Source of the DNA: Pseudomonadota bacterium
GTDB lineage: Bacteria; Bdellovibrionota_B; Oligoflexia; Oligoflexales; CAIMVM01
Reading direction: 5' to 3'
DNA length: 42,083 nt
NCBI GenBank assembly: GCA_037142195.1
Contig: JBAXBA010000029.1
Coordinates: 1-42,083 of the forward strand
The notes beneath the pieces were generated by a model that searched no databases, had not been told where the DNA came from, and saw only the letters and a program-made list of their open reading frames with translations. This document shows positions 26,200 to 34,243 of the stretch, piece by piece (position 1 is the stretch's first letter; each line of letters opens with the position of its first letter). The translations under genes were made by a program, and so were the position numbers.

Positions 26200-27114
26200 T
26201 CAAATAATCGACTTTCCGAGGGCTGAAAGAATGAAATCAACCGTGAGTTTAGCTGTTTTATGATCGATGTCAGTCATGGGATTTACCTCCACAAAATCCA
26301 TAGAAAGGAGCTTTTTAGAATCGGCGATCATTTCTAAGCACAAGTGTGCCTCTCTATGGGACAGGCCGCCTGTAACAGGAGTGCTAACACCCGGAGCATA
26401 AAGGGGTTCAATAGCATCCAAGTCAAAAGAGAGGTGGATGCCATCCGTATCTTTGGAGGCCACTTGGATGGCTTCTTCCATCACTTTTGAAAGTCCTTTT
26501 TCATCGATTTCTCTCATCGTGAAATATCTAATTCCACTTGATTTACAAAGTTCTCTCTCGTCGTTGTCAATGGATCGAATGCCAATAAGCGCAACATTTT
26601 GAGGTCTCACCTTCGCAAAGCTCCCCCCAATGGAGGTTAGGGACTTGTGGCCTTTGCCAAGAACGACTGCTAAAGGCATACCGTGGATGTTGCCGGTTGG
26701 TGATGTTTCAGGGGTATTTAAGTCAGCATGAGCATCTACCCAAATGAGGCCTAAATTTTTTCCTTTAGCATGTAGAGCGCTTGACACTCCAGAAATACTG
26801 CCAATAGCTACCGTATGATCACCTCCAATCGTAAGGGGGATATGTCCGGCTTCGATACTTTTTTTAGTAATTTCTGCCAGCTGAGCCACAATTTTTTCTA
26901 TGACGCTGAGATAGTTCTGGGAGCGGTCTGCTTTAGCAATCTGCTCGCGATAGGGTACTGCAATGTCTCCCAGATCTTCCGTTGCAAATCCCAAAACTTC
27001 GATCTGTCGATGAAGATCTGCAACCCGGATGGTCGCAGGACCCATATTGGAGCCTCTAATATTGGCGCCGAGATCCAGGGGCACTCCTACAATGTCTACA
27101 GTACCTTTGCTCAT
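26200..27114 (-). CDS. rocF: Arginase
   Basis: GGDHT, WVDAHADLNT, GNIHGMP, SFDLD, APGVSTP and VEVNP; ATG at 27114 after GGAG. Confidence 0.92.
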   Translation of the reverse strand: MSKGTVDIVGVPLDLGANIRGSNMGPATIRVADLHRQIEVLGFATEDLGDIAVPYREQIAKADRSQNYLSVIEKIVAQLAEITKKSIEAGHIPLTIGGDHTVAIGSISGVSSALHAKGKNLGLIWVDAHADLNTPETSPTGNIHGMPLAVVLGKGHKSLTSIGGSFAKVRPQNVALIGIRSIDNDERELCKSSGIRYFTMREIDEKGLSKVMEEAIQVASKDTDGIHLSFDLDAIEPLYAPGVSTPVTGGLSHREAHLCLEMIADSKKLLSMDFVEVNPMTDIDHKTAKLTVDFILSALGKSII

Positions 27115-27494
27115 AAAAACTCCGTCTTTTGGTGGCATCTTCTATCAAATTCCTTGCTCATTGTCATTAGCGCACTCGGTATGAAAATAGGAGCGTTTCG
27201 GTATTTAGGTGTTTTTAAGCTTCCCATTAACCCTTTGTTTTTATGACAAAAACTAATGAGTTAACGGAGATATGCTGCCTAAAGACGCAAACTCGAGGGC
27301 TCCCTGCCTTAGGCAATTGGAAGGGCCCGAACGCACGTTCTCAATACTTTAACGTTCCAAGCAGTAAAAAAGACAATGGGCTGAAGCAGGAAAGCGGGCT
27401 TGACCTCGGTTTTGGGGGAGGGCGAGTTTTTTGCTATTTGCAAGCCAAGCGTCTTCGATCGAAAGGAAAGAAAATTTTAGGTTAGAAAAAGAAC

Positions 27495-27529
27495 GCCAAA
27501 AGAAAACCCTGAGCCGAGAGGCCCAGGGT
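27495..27529 (-). terminator. Flagellin terminator
   Basis: Minus strand ACCCTGGGCC-TCTC-GGCTCAGGGT followed by TTTCTTTT. Confidence 0.8.
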
Positions 27530-27551
27530 CGAAACTTTAAGATAGAAGCTA

Positions 27552-28595
27552 TTAGCGAAGGAGAGATAGAGCAACTTCTGGTTGAGATTTTGCTTGAGCT
27601 AGCACTGCAGTGCCTGCTTGTTGCATGATGCTGGACTGAGTCATAACTGCAGTTTCAGAGGCAAAGTCTGTATCGCGGATACGGCTGTTAGAAGCAGAAA
27701 GGTTTTCCACTTGAACGTCCAAGTTGCGGATCGAACTTCCCAAGCGGTTTTGAATGGCGCCGAGATATGCTCTATGTTCATTCACCTTTTGGATGGCACC
27801 GTCGATCGTCGCGATGGTCTTCTGAGCACGGTCTTTATTGATTACGCCCGTTCCGAACTGCTCAAAGCTAGCACCGTTGGCGTATTCGTTAGAATAGCTT
27901 CGTCCTGATTGACCTTCTGCTGCACCGACCCAAGCCGATCTTTCTTCTTGGCTTGCTGTCAAGCCAAGATCTGCTGTACTTGTGCCTAGCTTTTGCATGT
28001 CAATTTTAATGATGTTGGCTTGATTTTGTACAGTCAAAGCATCTGCTGCTTCGAAGTAATCTTTACCAACTTGCACTTCGAGTGGGAATCCGTTACCCGT
28101 GGCAAGAAGAGCGCCTTTGGCATCATTTCCTAAGCCGTCGATAAGACCTGTCTCTGGATTTCCAACACCTTGTGAGCCCATAAGGAGTCGGGTTCCGTTG
28201 TATTCCGTCGTTACTGTGACTCGGTCAATTTCATCTTTTAGTTCCAAAAATTCTTTATGAAGAAATTCTCTTTCTGTAGAACCAATCGTATCAGATGCTG
28301 CCTGTGTGGAGAGCTCTCTGAGGCGAATGAGCATACTTGAGGTTTCTTCCATGCCACCTTCAGCAACCTGAATCATTGAGACACCATCCATGGCGTTTCT
28401 CTTCGCTTGAGCAAGCGAGCGAGTTGTTGCCTTCAAGTTTTCCGAAACCGCAAGGCCCGCTGCATCATCAGCTGCCTTATTGATTCTTTGACCCGAAGAT
28501 AACTTTTCCATGCTGCTTTGAACGGCTTCAGTGGCTCTTCCTAAATGTCTCTGTCCGGTAATCGATGCAAGGTTCGTCCTGATCCTTAATCCCAT
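27552..28595 (-). CDS. fliC: Flagellin
   Basis: MGLRIRTN...LSSGQRINKAADDAAGL and RAYLGAIQNRL...SRIRDTDFA...ALSLLR; AGGAGG RBS. Confidence 0.97.
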   Translation of the reverse strand: MGLRIRTNLASITGQRHLGRATEAVQSSMEKLSSGQRINKAADDAAGLAVSENLKATTRSLAQAKRNAMDGVSMIQVAEGGMEETSSMLIRLRELSTQAASDTIGSTEREFLHKEFLELKDEIDRVTVTTEYNGTRLLMGSQGVGNPETGLIDGLGNDAKGALLATGNGFPLEVQVGKDYFEAADALTVQNQANIIKIDMQKLGTSTADLGLTASQEERSAWVGAAEGQSGRSYSNEYANGASFEQFGTGVINKDRAQKTIATIDGAIQKVNEHRAYLGAIQNRLGSSIRNLDVQVENLSASNSRIRDTDFASETAVMTQSSIMQQAGTAVLAQAKSQPEVALSLLR

Positions 28596-28641
28596 TGTTG
28601 ACCTCCTGTCATAGTTGGGCATCCTAAATTCACTATAGAAA

Positions 28642-28668
28642 GCTTCGGAGGCGGCAAATTTTTCCTTA
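28642..28668 (-). promoter_or_regulatory. Putative sigma28 promoter of flagellin
   Basis: TAAG-N15-TCCGAAGC about 47 bp upstream of the ATG. Confidence 0.55.
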
Positions 28669-28983
28669 GAAAGAGCTGCCTAGTTTGAGTGCAAATATCT
28701 GATATTGTTGGATAATAAAAAAATGTGGGAAAAAAATGCCTCAACTTTTAGGTGCGGCACCCCCTAAAAAAATATGATTTGCTTAGAGTTTAGGGTCTGT
28801 TTTTCAGTTTAATTTTGATATCTGGTCCCAGTTTTATTCTAGATAAAAGGATCGGCGCTTTCTTTCTTCAGTCCCCTACAATAGAACGAGAGAAATAAAG
28901 AAGAAATGATGGGATTGGTTATTCTTGTTTGTTCCAAAGGGATTCTAAACTAAAATAGTCCCAAAAATGGAGGCTTATTCCAA

Positions 28984-29328
28984 ATGGATCATACTATTTT
29001 TGACAAAATTCTTCGTGGAGAAATTCCATCTGATAAAGTCTATGAGGATGAATGGGTCTATGCCTTTCGAGACATAGCCCCTAAAGCACCCGTCCATGTG
29101 TTGGTGATTCCAAAGAAAAAATTAAAAAGCTTTGCGGAAGTAGGATCGGCAAACTCCCTGGATCTAGGCGAATACTTTAAAGGAATTGCGCGAGTCGCCT
29201 CACATCTTGGTCTTGAAAAGGATGGGTATAGAGTCATCTTTAATCATGGGGAAAATGCTGGCCAAACCGTAGATTATATTCATGGGCATATTCTAGGGGG
29301 GCGGCCTCTTGGTTTCCCTGCCCACTGA
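28984..29328 (+). CDS. HIT family nucleotide-binding protein (HinT-like)
   Basis: TIFDKI, AFRDIAPKAPVHVLVIPK, GYRV and GQTVDYIHGHILGG. Confidence 0.92.
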   Translation: MDHTIFDKILRGEIPSDKVYEDEWVYAFRDIAPKAPVHVLVIPKKKLKSFAEVGSANSLDLGEYFKGIARVASHLGLEKDGYRVIFNHGENAGQTVDYIHGHILGGRPLGFPAH

Positions 29329-29791
29329 TCCGCCACCCAAAACAATCTCTGGCTATGCTAAGCTTGTAGCTATGTTTAAGGTTTTGGACGCCAAATCCTA
29401 TAAGGATTTATTGTCTAAGCTCTCTTTAGGGTCCCCCTTATTAGCCAGGCTCGTTGAGTGGAGTGATTTTACATGGTGGGATATTGAGCGTTTAGATGAC
29501 CGAAGCATTCAGAAAGTCTTGTCTGTAATTCCAGAAAGGGACTGGCTCATTGCTTGGAAGCTTGCTACGCCGGAAGTAAAAGCGATTTTGCTTTCCAATA
29601 TGTCGACCTCCAGGCAGGAAGACTTTCTAAAAGCCTTTTCTGAGATGCCCAAGATTCCGAAAAGCCAAGTTTACCGTGTGATGTTTCAAATTGGAGCACG
29701 CCTAAGGCTGATGGCGATGAATGGTCAAGTATTTATTTTGACAAGGCCAAGAAGAAGATTAAAATTGAATAAAGCCAAGGAGATAAAATGA
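29309..29791 (+). CDS. Stand-alone FliG C-terminal domain protein
   Basis: FTWWDIERLDDRSIQKVL...WLIAWKLATPEVKAILLSNMS aligns to the window's own FliG segment FVFDDLAKIDDRGIQEII...WKVALKTASEGVRDLVFRNMS. Start uncertain. Confidence 0.8.
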   Translation: MVSLPTDPPPKTISGYAKLVAMFKVLDAKSYKDLLSKLSLGSPLLARLVEWSDFTWWDIERLDDRSIQKVLSVIPERDWLIAWKLATPEVKAILLSNMSTSRQEDFLKAFSEMPKIPKSQVYRVMFQIGARLRLMAMNGQVFILTRPRRRLKLNKAKEIK

Positions 29792-29985
29792 TTCCATTCC
29801 GCGTGTATTCCAAAGAAGAAAAAACAACTTGGGTTGTTGTGAACCATAACCCGGGAGCTAACGGGGGTACCTATCTTGCTTATAGGGAAGACCATGAAGA
29901 TTTAGATGGGGTGTTAGAACATCTATCGTCAGAACAATTGCTGGGAATGAAAATGGTTAACTTTATAGAAGAAGCAGACAGCTGA
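29788..29985 (+). CDS. Small hypothetical protein
   Basis: 65 aa; AGGAG RBS; overlaps the previous stop (ATGA). Confidence 0.65.
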   Translation: MIPFRVYSKEEKTTWVVVNHNPGANGGTYLAYREDHEDLDGVLEHLSSEQLLGMKMVNFIEEADS

Positions 29986-30074
29986 TCTCTTTAGGAGTGC
30001 AAGTTGGCTTCATCCGCTAGTGGTATCTAGGTATTATGAAAAGAGGAATGGATCAGGCAATCAAAGTAGTCGTT

Positions 30075-30120
30075 AAAAGAGGAAGCGTTTACAAAGTAAA
30101 GCGCTTCCTCTTTTTATTTT
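30075..30120. terminator. Bidirectional terminator between convergent genes
   Basis: AAAAGAGGAAGCG-TTTAC-AAA-GTAAA-G-CGCTTCCTCTTTT. Confidence 0.85.
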
Positions 30121-30130
30121 GAGAATAAGA

Positions 30131-30403
30131 CTACTTAACGCTGTCCTTAAGGTCTTTGCCTGGACGGAATACAGGAACCTTGCGAGCAGGAATCTGAATT
30201 TCTTCACCAGTTTGTGGGTTGCGGCCGATGCGTGCTTTGCGATTTGATACGCTGAATGTACCGAAACCGACCAATTTAACGCCTTCTTTTTTCTTAATGT
30301 TTTTGCCGATAACATCAATAAAAGCGTCTAGTGAGCGCTCAGTGTCAGCTTTTGTCTGTGATGTTAGTTTAGCAATTGCTTCTACTAGCTCGGACTTGTT
30401 CAT
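30131..30403 (-). CDS. hup: DNA-binding protein HU
   Basis: MNKSELVEAIA...GFGTF...ARIGRNPQTGEEIQIPA...FRPGK.LKD.V; GGAGG RBS. Confidence 0.97.
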   Translation of the reverse strand: MNKSELVEAIAKLTSQTKADTERSLDAFIDVIGKNIKKKEGVKLVGFGTFSVSNRKARIGRNPQTGEEIQIPARKVPVFRPGKDLKDSVK

Positions 30404-30602
30404 GGGGATCTCCTCCAAAAAATTGGCTTACAAAACTATAGCAAAAAAGTGACTCGATACGTATAGAGTTACAAGTCATGAATTAACTGTCAAGCAGAAG
30501 TGTCAAAAAAAATGATTTTTTTTAAATTTAATTCATTTGATCTTTAGAATAGCCACGCCGTAAGCTTAAAAGATCGAAAAAAAATCTTTCGCAGGCCTTG
30601 AG

Positions 30603-31052
30603 ATGAAAAAAATAAAAATTTGCTTGCCATCCTACAAAGATTTGATCTCGCTATGGCCTGACGTTGCAAATTGGTCTCAGGACTGGGCATTCTGGCCGAT
30701 TGAGGAAGTTTTAAAGAGTTTACAAAGTGAAGGGTGTTTTGTCGCCCTTGCCACGGAAAATGATCAAGTTCTGGGGTTTAGTTTCTGGAAATATGTTGCA
30801 GGGGAAGCGGAGCTTTTGTTTGTTTTTGTACCTCTGGGAGGTCGGGGCGGAGGCATTGCCAGACAATTGTTAGAATTTTCTTTAGCTCATTTAAAATCAT
30901 TGGGTGTAACTCTGGTTTTTCTAGAAGTAAGATGTTCAAATCTAGCGGCGCTGCGATTATATAAAGCGCTAGGATTTAATCTTTTATCTACCAGAAAACA
31001 ATACTATAAAGACGGAGAAGATGCGTTGGTTTATACCCGGGAGCTGGCATGA
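30603..31052 (+). CDS. RimI-like GNAT N-acetyltransferase
   Basis: RGGGIA, FLEVRCSN..ALRLYKALGF and RKQYY..GEDA. Confidence 0.88.
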   Translation: MKKIKICLPSYKDLISLWPDVANWSQDWAFWPIEEVLKSLQSEGCFVALATENDQVLGFSFWKYVAGEAELLFVFVPLGGRGGGIARQLLEFSLAHLKSLGVTLVFLEVRCSNLAALRLYKALGFNLLSTRKQYYKDGEDALVYTRELA

Positions 31053-32077
31053 ATACAGATAAAATTACCGATGTCATTTGGATTCAAACAGCCTTTCTCG
31101 GAGATATTATATTGTCGACCGCTGCCTTCAGCGGTTTAAAAACAATTTCGCCCTCGATCAACCAGCATCTGATAACGACTCCGATAGGGAAAGCAGCACT
31201 CAAGGACCATCCCGCATTGGCGAACATCATCGGTTGGGACAAGCGAAAAGGTTTTTTTGACATTTGGAAGCAGGTTCGCTTCCTTCGCTCTCGACTCAAT
31301 CGTAAATCTACCCTTATCCTTCAGCCCCATAGGTCTGCTCGTTCTTCAATTCTTTCTAGGATTTTGGGATTTCAGGTTATAACCTATACGGAAACAAAAC
31401 TTGCGCCATTAAAAACAGTCAAGGTTCCTCGCATCTCGCTACTTCACGAATCTCATCGAGTCAGTTTGCTGTTAGAGCCTTTAGGAATTTCTAGGGAGTT
31501 ATCTGTAGGTTGGTTGCCGAATTTGAATCCTCTACCTATGTCGCCCCAAATGGCTCAGAAAATCAGCTCCTCAAATAAAATTATAGCCATAGCCCCCGGC
31601 AGTGTTTGGGCAACGAAAAGATGGACAGAATCTGGGTTTAGGTCATTGATAGAAATCATTCAAAGAGAAACTACTTATAATATGGTCCTTTTAGGATCAG
31701 GGGATGATGCTAGATTGGCAGACGAGATATTGGCAGGCCTAGCCGATAAAAAACGCATCCTAAACTTGGTGAACCAAACGTCTCTCGATGAGCTTAGAAT
31801 GCTTTACCCCAAGCTGTCGGCCTTGATTTCCGGCGACTCTTCTCCGATACATTACGGATCGGCCTTTCAGACCCCCACCGTCATGATCTACGGCGCAACT
31901 CATCCTGCCTTAGGATTTTATAGCCGGTCAGAAAGGTCTGAAATTGTTGAAATGAAAGACCTAATTTGCCGCCCTTGCAGTGAGCACGGACCTAAGAGTT
32001 GCCCGCTGGGGCACTTTCAGTGTATGCGTTCGATAACAGGTAGGCAGGTTTTTGATGCGCTGATGCGCGTGATCTAA
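31049..32077 (+). CDS. Glycosyltransferase family 9 (LPS heptosyltransferase, WaaF-like)
   Basis: QTAFLGDIIL, APGSVWATKRW, SGDSSPIH, IYGAT and CRPC...CPLGHFQCM. Confidence 0.92.
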   Translation: MNTDKITDVIWIQTAFLGDIILSTAAFSGLKTISPSINQHLITTPIGKAALKDHPALANIIGWDKRKGFFDIWKQVRFLRSRLNRKSTLILQPHRSARSSILSRILGFQVITYTETKLAPLKTVKVPRISLLHESHRVSLLLEPLGISRELSVGWLPNLNPLPMSPQMAQKISSSNKIIAIAPGSVWATKRWTESGFRSLIEIIQRETTYNMVLLGSGDDARLADEILAGLADKKRILNLVNQTSLDELRMLYPKLSALISGDSSPIHYGSAFQTPTVMIYGATHPALGFYSRSERSEIVEMKDLICRPCSEHGPKSCPLGHFQCMRSITGRQVFDALMRVI

Positions 32078-32089
32078 GGAAAGAGGTTC

Positions 32090-32731
32090 ATGTTGAAACC
32101 ATATTTAGTGGCCATCGCAGGCGGGTCTGGAAGCGGTAAGACTACAATTGTAAATCGTGTCAAGGCGATGATCCCTAATATGGATGTTTTGGTCTTCAAC
32201 GGGGATCACTATTACCAGGATCTTTCGCATTTATCGTCTGAGCGTAGGGCGATGATGAACTTCGATCACCCTGATTCCATCGACAATCGACTTTTGATAG
32301 AGCATATTCAAAAACTCATGAATGGGGAATCCATCGAACGTCCTACCTACGATTTTTCAACTCATTCCAGATTATCGACTACAGAAACCCTGCACCCCGC
32401 TAAATTTATACTTTTTGATTCTATCTTTGCCCTTTATCATCCAGAAATCCGCGAACTTTGTTCCATGCGCTTTTTTGTCGATGTCGGGAACGACCTAAGG
32501 TTTATTCGTCGGCTGACCCGAGATATAAATGAACGGGGAAGAACCGTTGATAATGTAGTAGATCAATATCTTACTACGGTGAGGCCCATGTATGTGAAAT
32601 ACGTCGACCCCACTAAGCGTTATGCCGATATGGTTATCTACTGGGAGCATGACAATCAACAGACCATAGAAACCATCGCAGGACTTTTTGAACACGTCCA
32701 TCAAAAAGGCAATGGTCGCATTGTAAATTAG
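32090..32731 (+). CDS. udk: Uridine kinase
   Basis: IAGGSGSGKTT, NFDHP, PTYDF, RFIRRLTRDINERGR and VRPM...PTKRYAD. Confidence 0.95.
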   Translation: MLKPYLVAIAGGSGSGKTTIVNRVKAMIPNMDVLVFNGDHYYQDLSHLSSERRAMMNFDHPDSIDNRLLIEHIQKLMNGESIERPTYDFSTHSRLSTTETLHPAKFILFDSIFALYHPEIRELCSMRFFVDVGNDLRFIRRLTRDINERGRTVDNVVDQYLTTVRPMYVKYVDPTKRYADMVIYWEHDNQQTIETIAGLFEHVHQKGNGRIVN

Positions 32732-32986
32732 GTAATCTAACGAATTGCTTGAAGGGGCTGTTGTTGCCTATAGAGAGTCTCTTTTTTGGGTTTCAGACAA
32801 AATGAAACTTCCCAAAAGGTTTTGTTAGCAAATTAGACGGCAATTTTCTCAGTGAAAGATCGGTGCTAAAGGATTTTTTCTGACGAACCTAAGTCCATTG
32901 TTATTCGGGAATGCAGATCACAATTATAGTGATTCTTCCGATATTGTCTTGAGATCAACTAAGACAAGGTGAGCCAAGGTCAGTGG

Positions 32987-34243
32987 CTATTTTTGACTGT
33001 CCACGCAAGCGAAGATATCAGCTGATGTATTTCTACAAAGAACAATAAAATCTTTGTGTAGCGACTCCATGTCTTTAAGCCAGGAGTCGTAAAGATTGAT
33101 ATAGCGGCTTTCATCGGAATTGAAATCATTTGCTGAAATCTTTCCTTGTAAGAATTTTTCCCGTGATTTTTCCATGACGTCTCGAGCTGATTTAGAAATG
33201 CTGTCGTCTTTGTTTAAGCGGTCTCTTAGACGCTTGATGTCTTGGATGACGAAATCAACCGTTCTTTTGTTTTCTGACGATTGATATTCGGCTTGACTTT
33301 TTTCAGAGGCTTGCTGCTTAACCAGGCTATTGATTTGAGATTCTGTTTGAAACCTTGAAAAGAGAGGAAGAGAAACGGCGAGGGTGGTCGATTTTTGAAC
33401 GTCGCTAGGTAGATTGTCTTCTTTGAAATTCCGACTGATCCCAGCGGAAAGGGAAAACTCTGGGAAGTAGCGGCGTCGCTCTGCTTTAATAGCTATACTA
33501 GATGCCTCTAGTGACACTTCGTCGATACGAGAATCAAGAGACGAGGACGCAGGGGGAAATGATTTAATATTGCTGGCCGTTTTATCACCGATCAAATGAA
33601 GCCAGGGCCAGGAAAGTTGCTCGAGTTGTTTTCTGTTAATGTGGTAGCGCCCCGATATCACATCAAGTTCAAGTTTCGATAGCTCAAATTCATTTTGAGC
33701 GTTGTCAAAATCAATCTTGAGCCGAATCCATTCTTCTCCAGCGAGCAATCCTTTCTTGAAACGAATCTCTGCATTTTCTAAAATGTTTCGCCGAGATTTC
33801 AGCCATTTTTCGCGCTCCACAAGAGACTTATTTTTGCTGATGAATTCGAGGAGGTCCTGAGCTACGGTGGTTGAACGCTCTAGGACCTTTTTTGAAGACT
33901 CCAGGTCGAGTTTTTGAGTGCGCTTTTTTGCCTCGTCACGGACGAGGGAATCGTGGCCGCCGTTAAAGACAACAACGTTCGCAGATAAACTAATATTTGA
34001 AGAAGATTGAGTCTTAGAACCATCGTACAATTTGCTCGTGCTTGCTGAAGTCGTTACTTCTGGCAAATGGACAAAAAACTTAGGAACTAACTCCTCGCGA
34101 CTCGCTTCAATAGATAGGGACTGGCTCTTTAGGAGTTCATCCTGGGCTAAGATACGGATGACCATATCTTGAAAGCTGTCGGCGTAGGAAAAGCTTGGTG
34201 ATAACATCAAAGTAAGACTAAATAAGGCGAAGCCCATTTTCAT
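32987..34243 (-). CDS. TolC-family outer membrane protein
   Basis: Signal peptide MKMGFALFSLTLMLSPSFSYA; OEP-like motifs (LPEV, RFKKG, YFPEFSL, VSLPLFSRF, FLQG); ATG overlaps the RND stop. Confidence 0.85.
   Translation of the reverse strand: MKMGFALFSLTLMLSPSFSYADSFQDMVIRILAQDELLKSQSLSIEASREELVPKFFVHLPEVTTSASTSKLYDGSKTQSSSNISLSANVVVFNGGHDSLVRDEAKKRTQKLDLESSKKVLERSTTVAQDLLEFISKNKSLVEREKWLKSRRNILENAEIRFKKGLLAGEEWIRLKIDFDNAQNEFELSKLELDVISGRYHINRKQLEQLSWPWLHLIGDKTASNIKSFPPASSSLDSRIDEVSLEASSIAIKAERRRYFPEFSLSAGISRNFKEDNLPSDVQKSTTLAVSLPLFSRFQTESQINSLVKQQASEKSQAEYQSSENKRTVDFVIQDIKRLRDRLNKDDSISKSARDVMEKSREKFLQGKISANDFNSDESRYINLYDSWLKDMESLHKDFIVLCRNTSADIFACVDSQK

Noticed and set aside
27120..27480. 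Guanidine or c-di-GMP riboswitch upstream of arginase
   Set aside because: The conserved cores were not found; GACGCAAA occurs without the rest of the GEMM motif. The enzyme has true arginase motifs (GNIHGMP).
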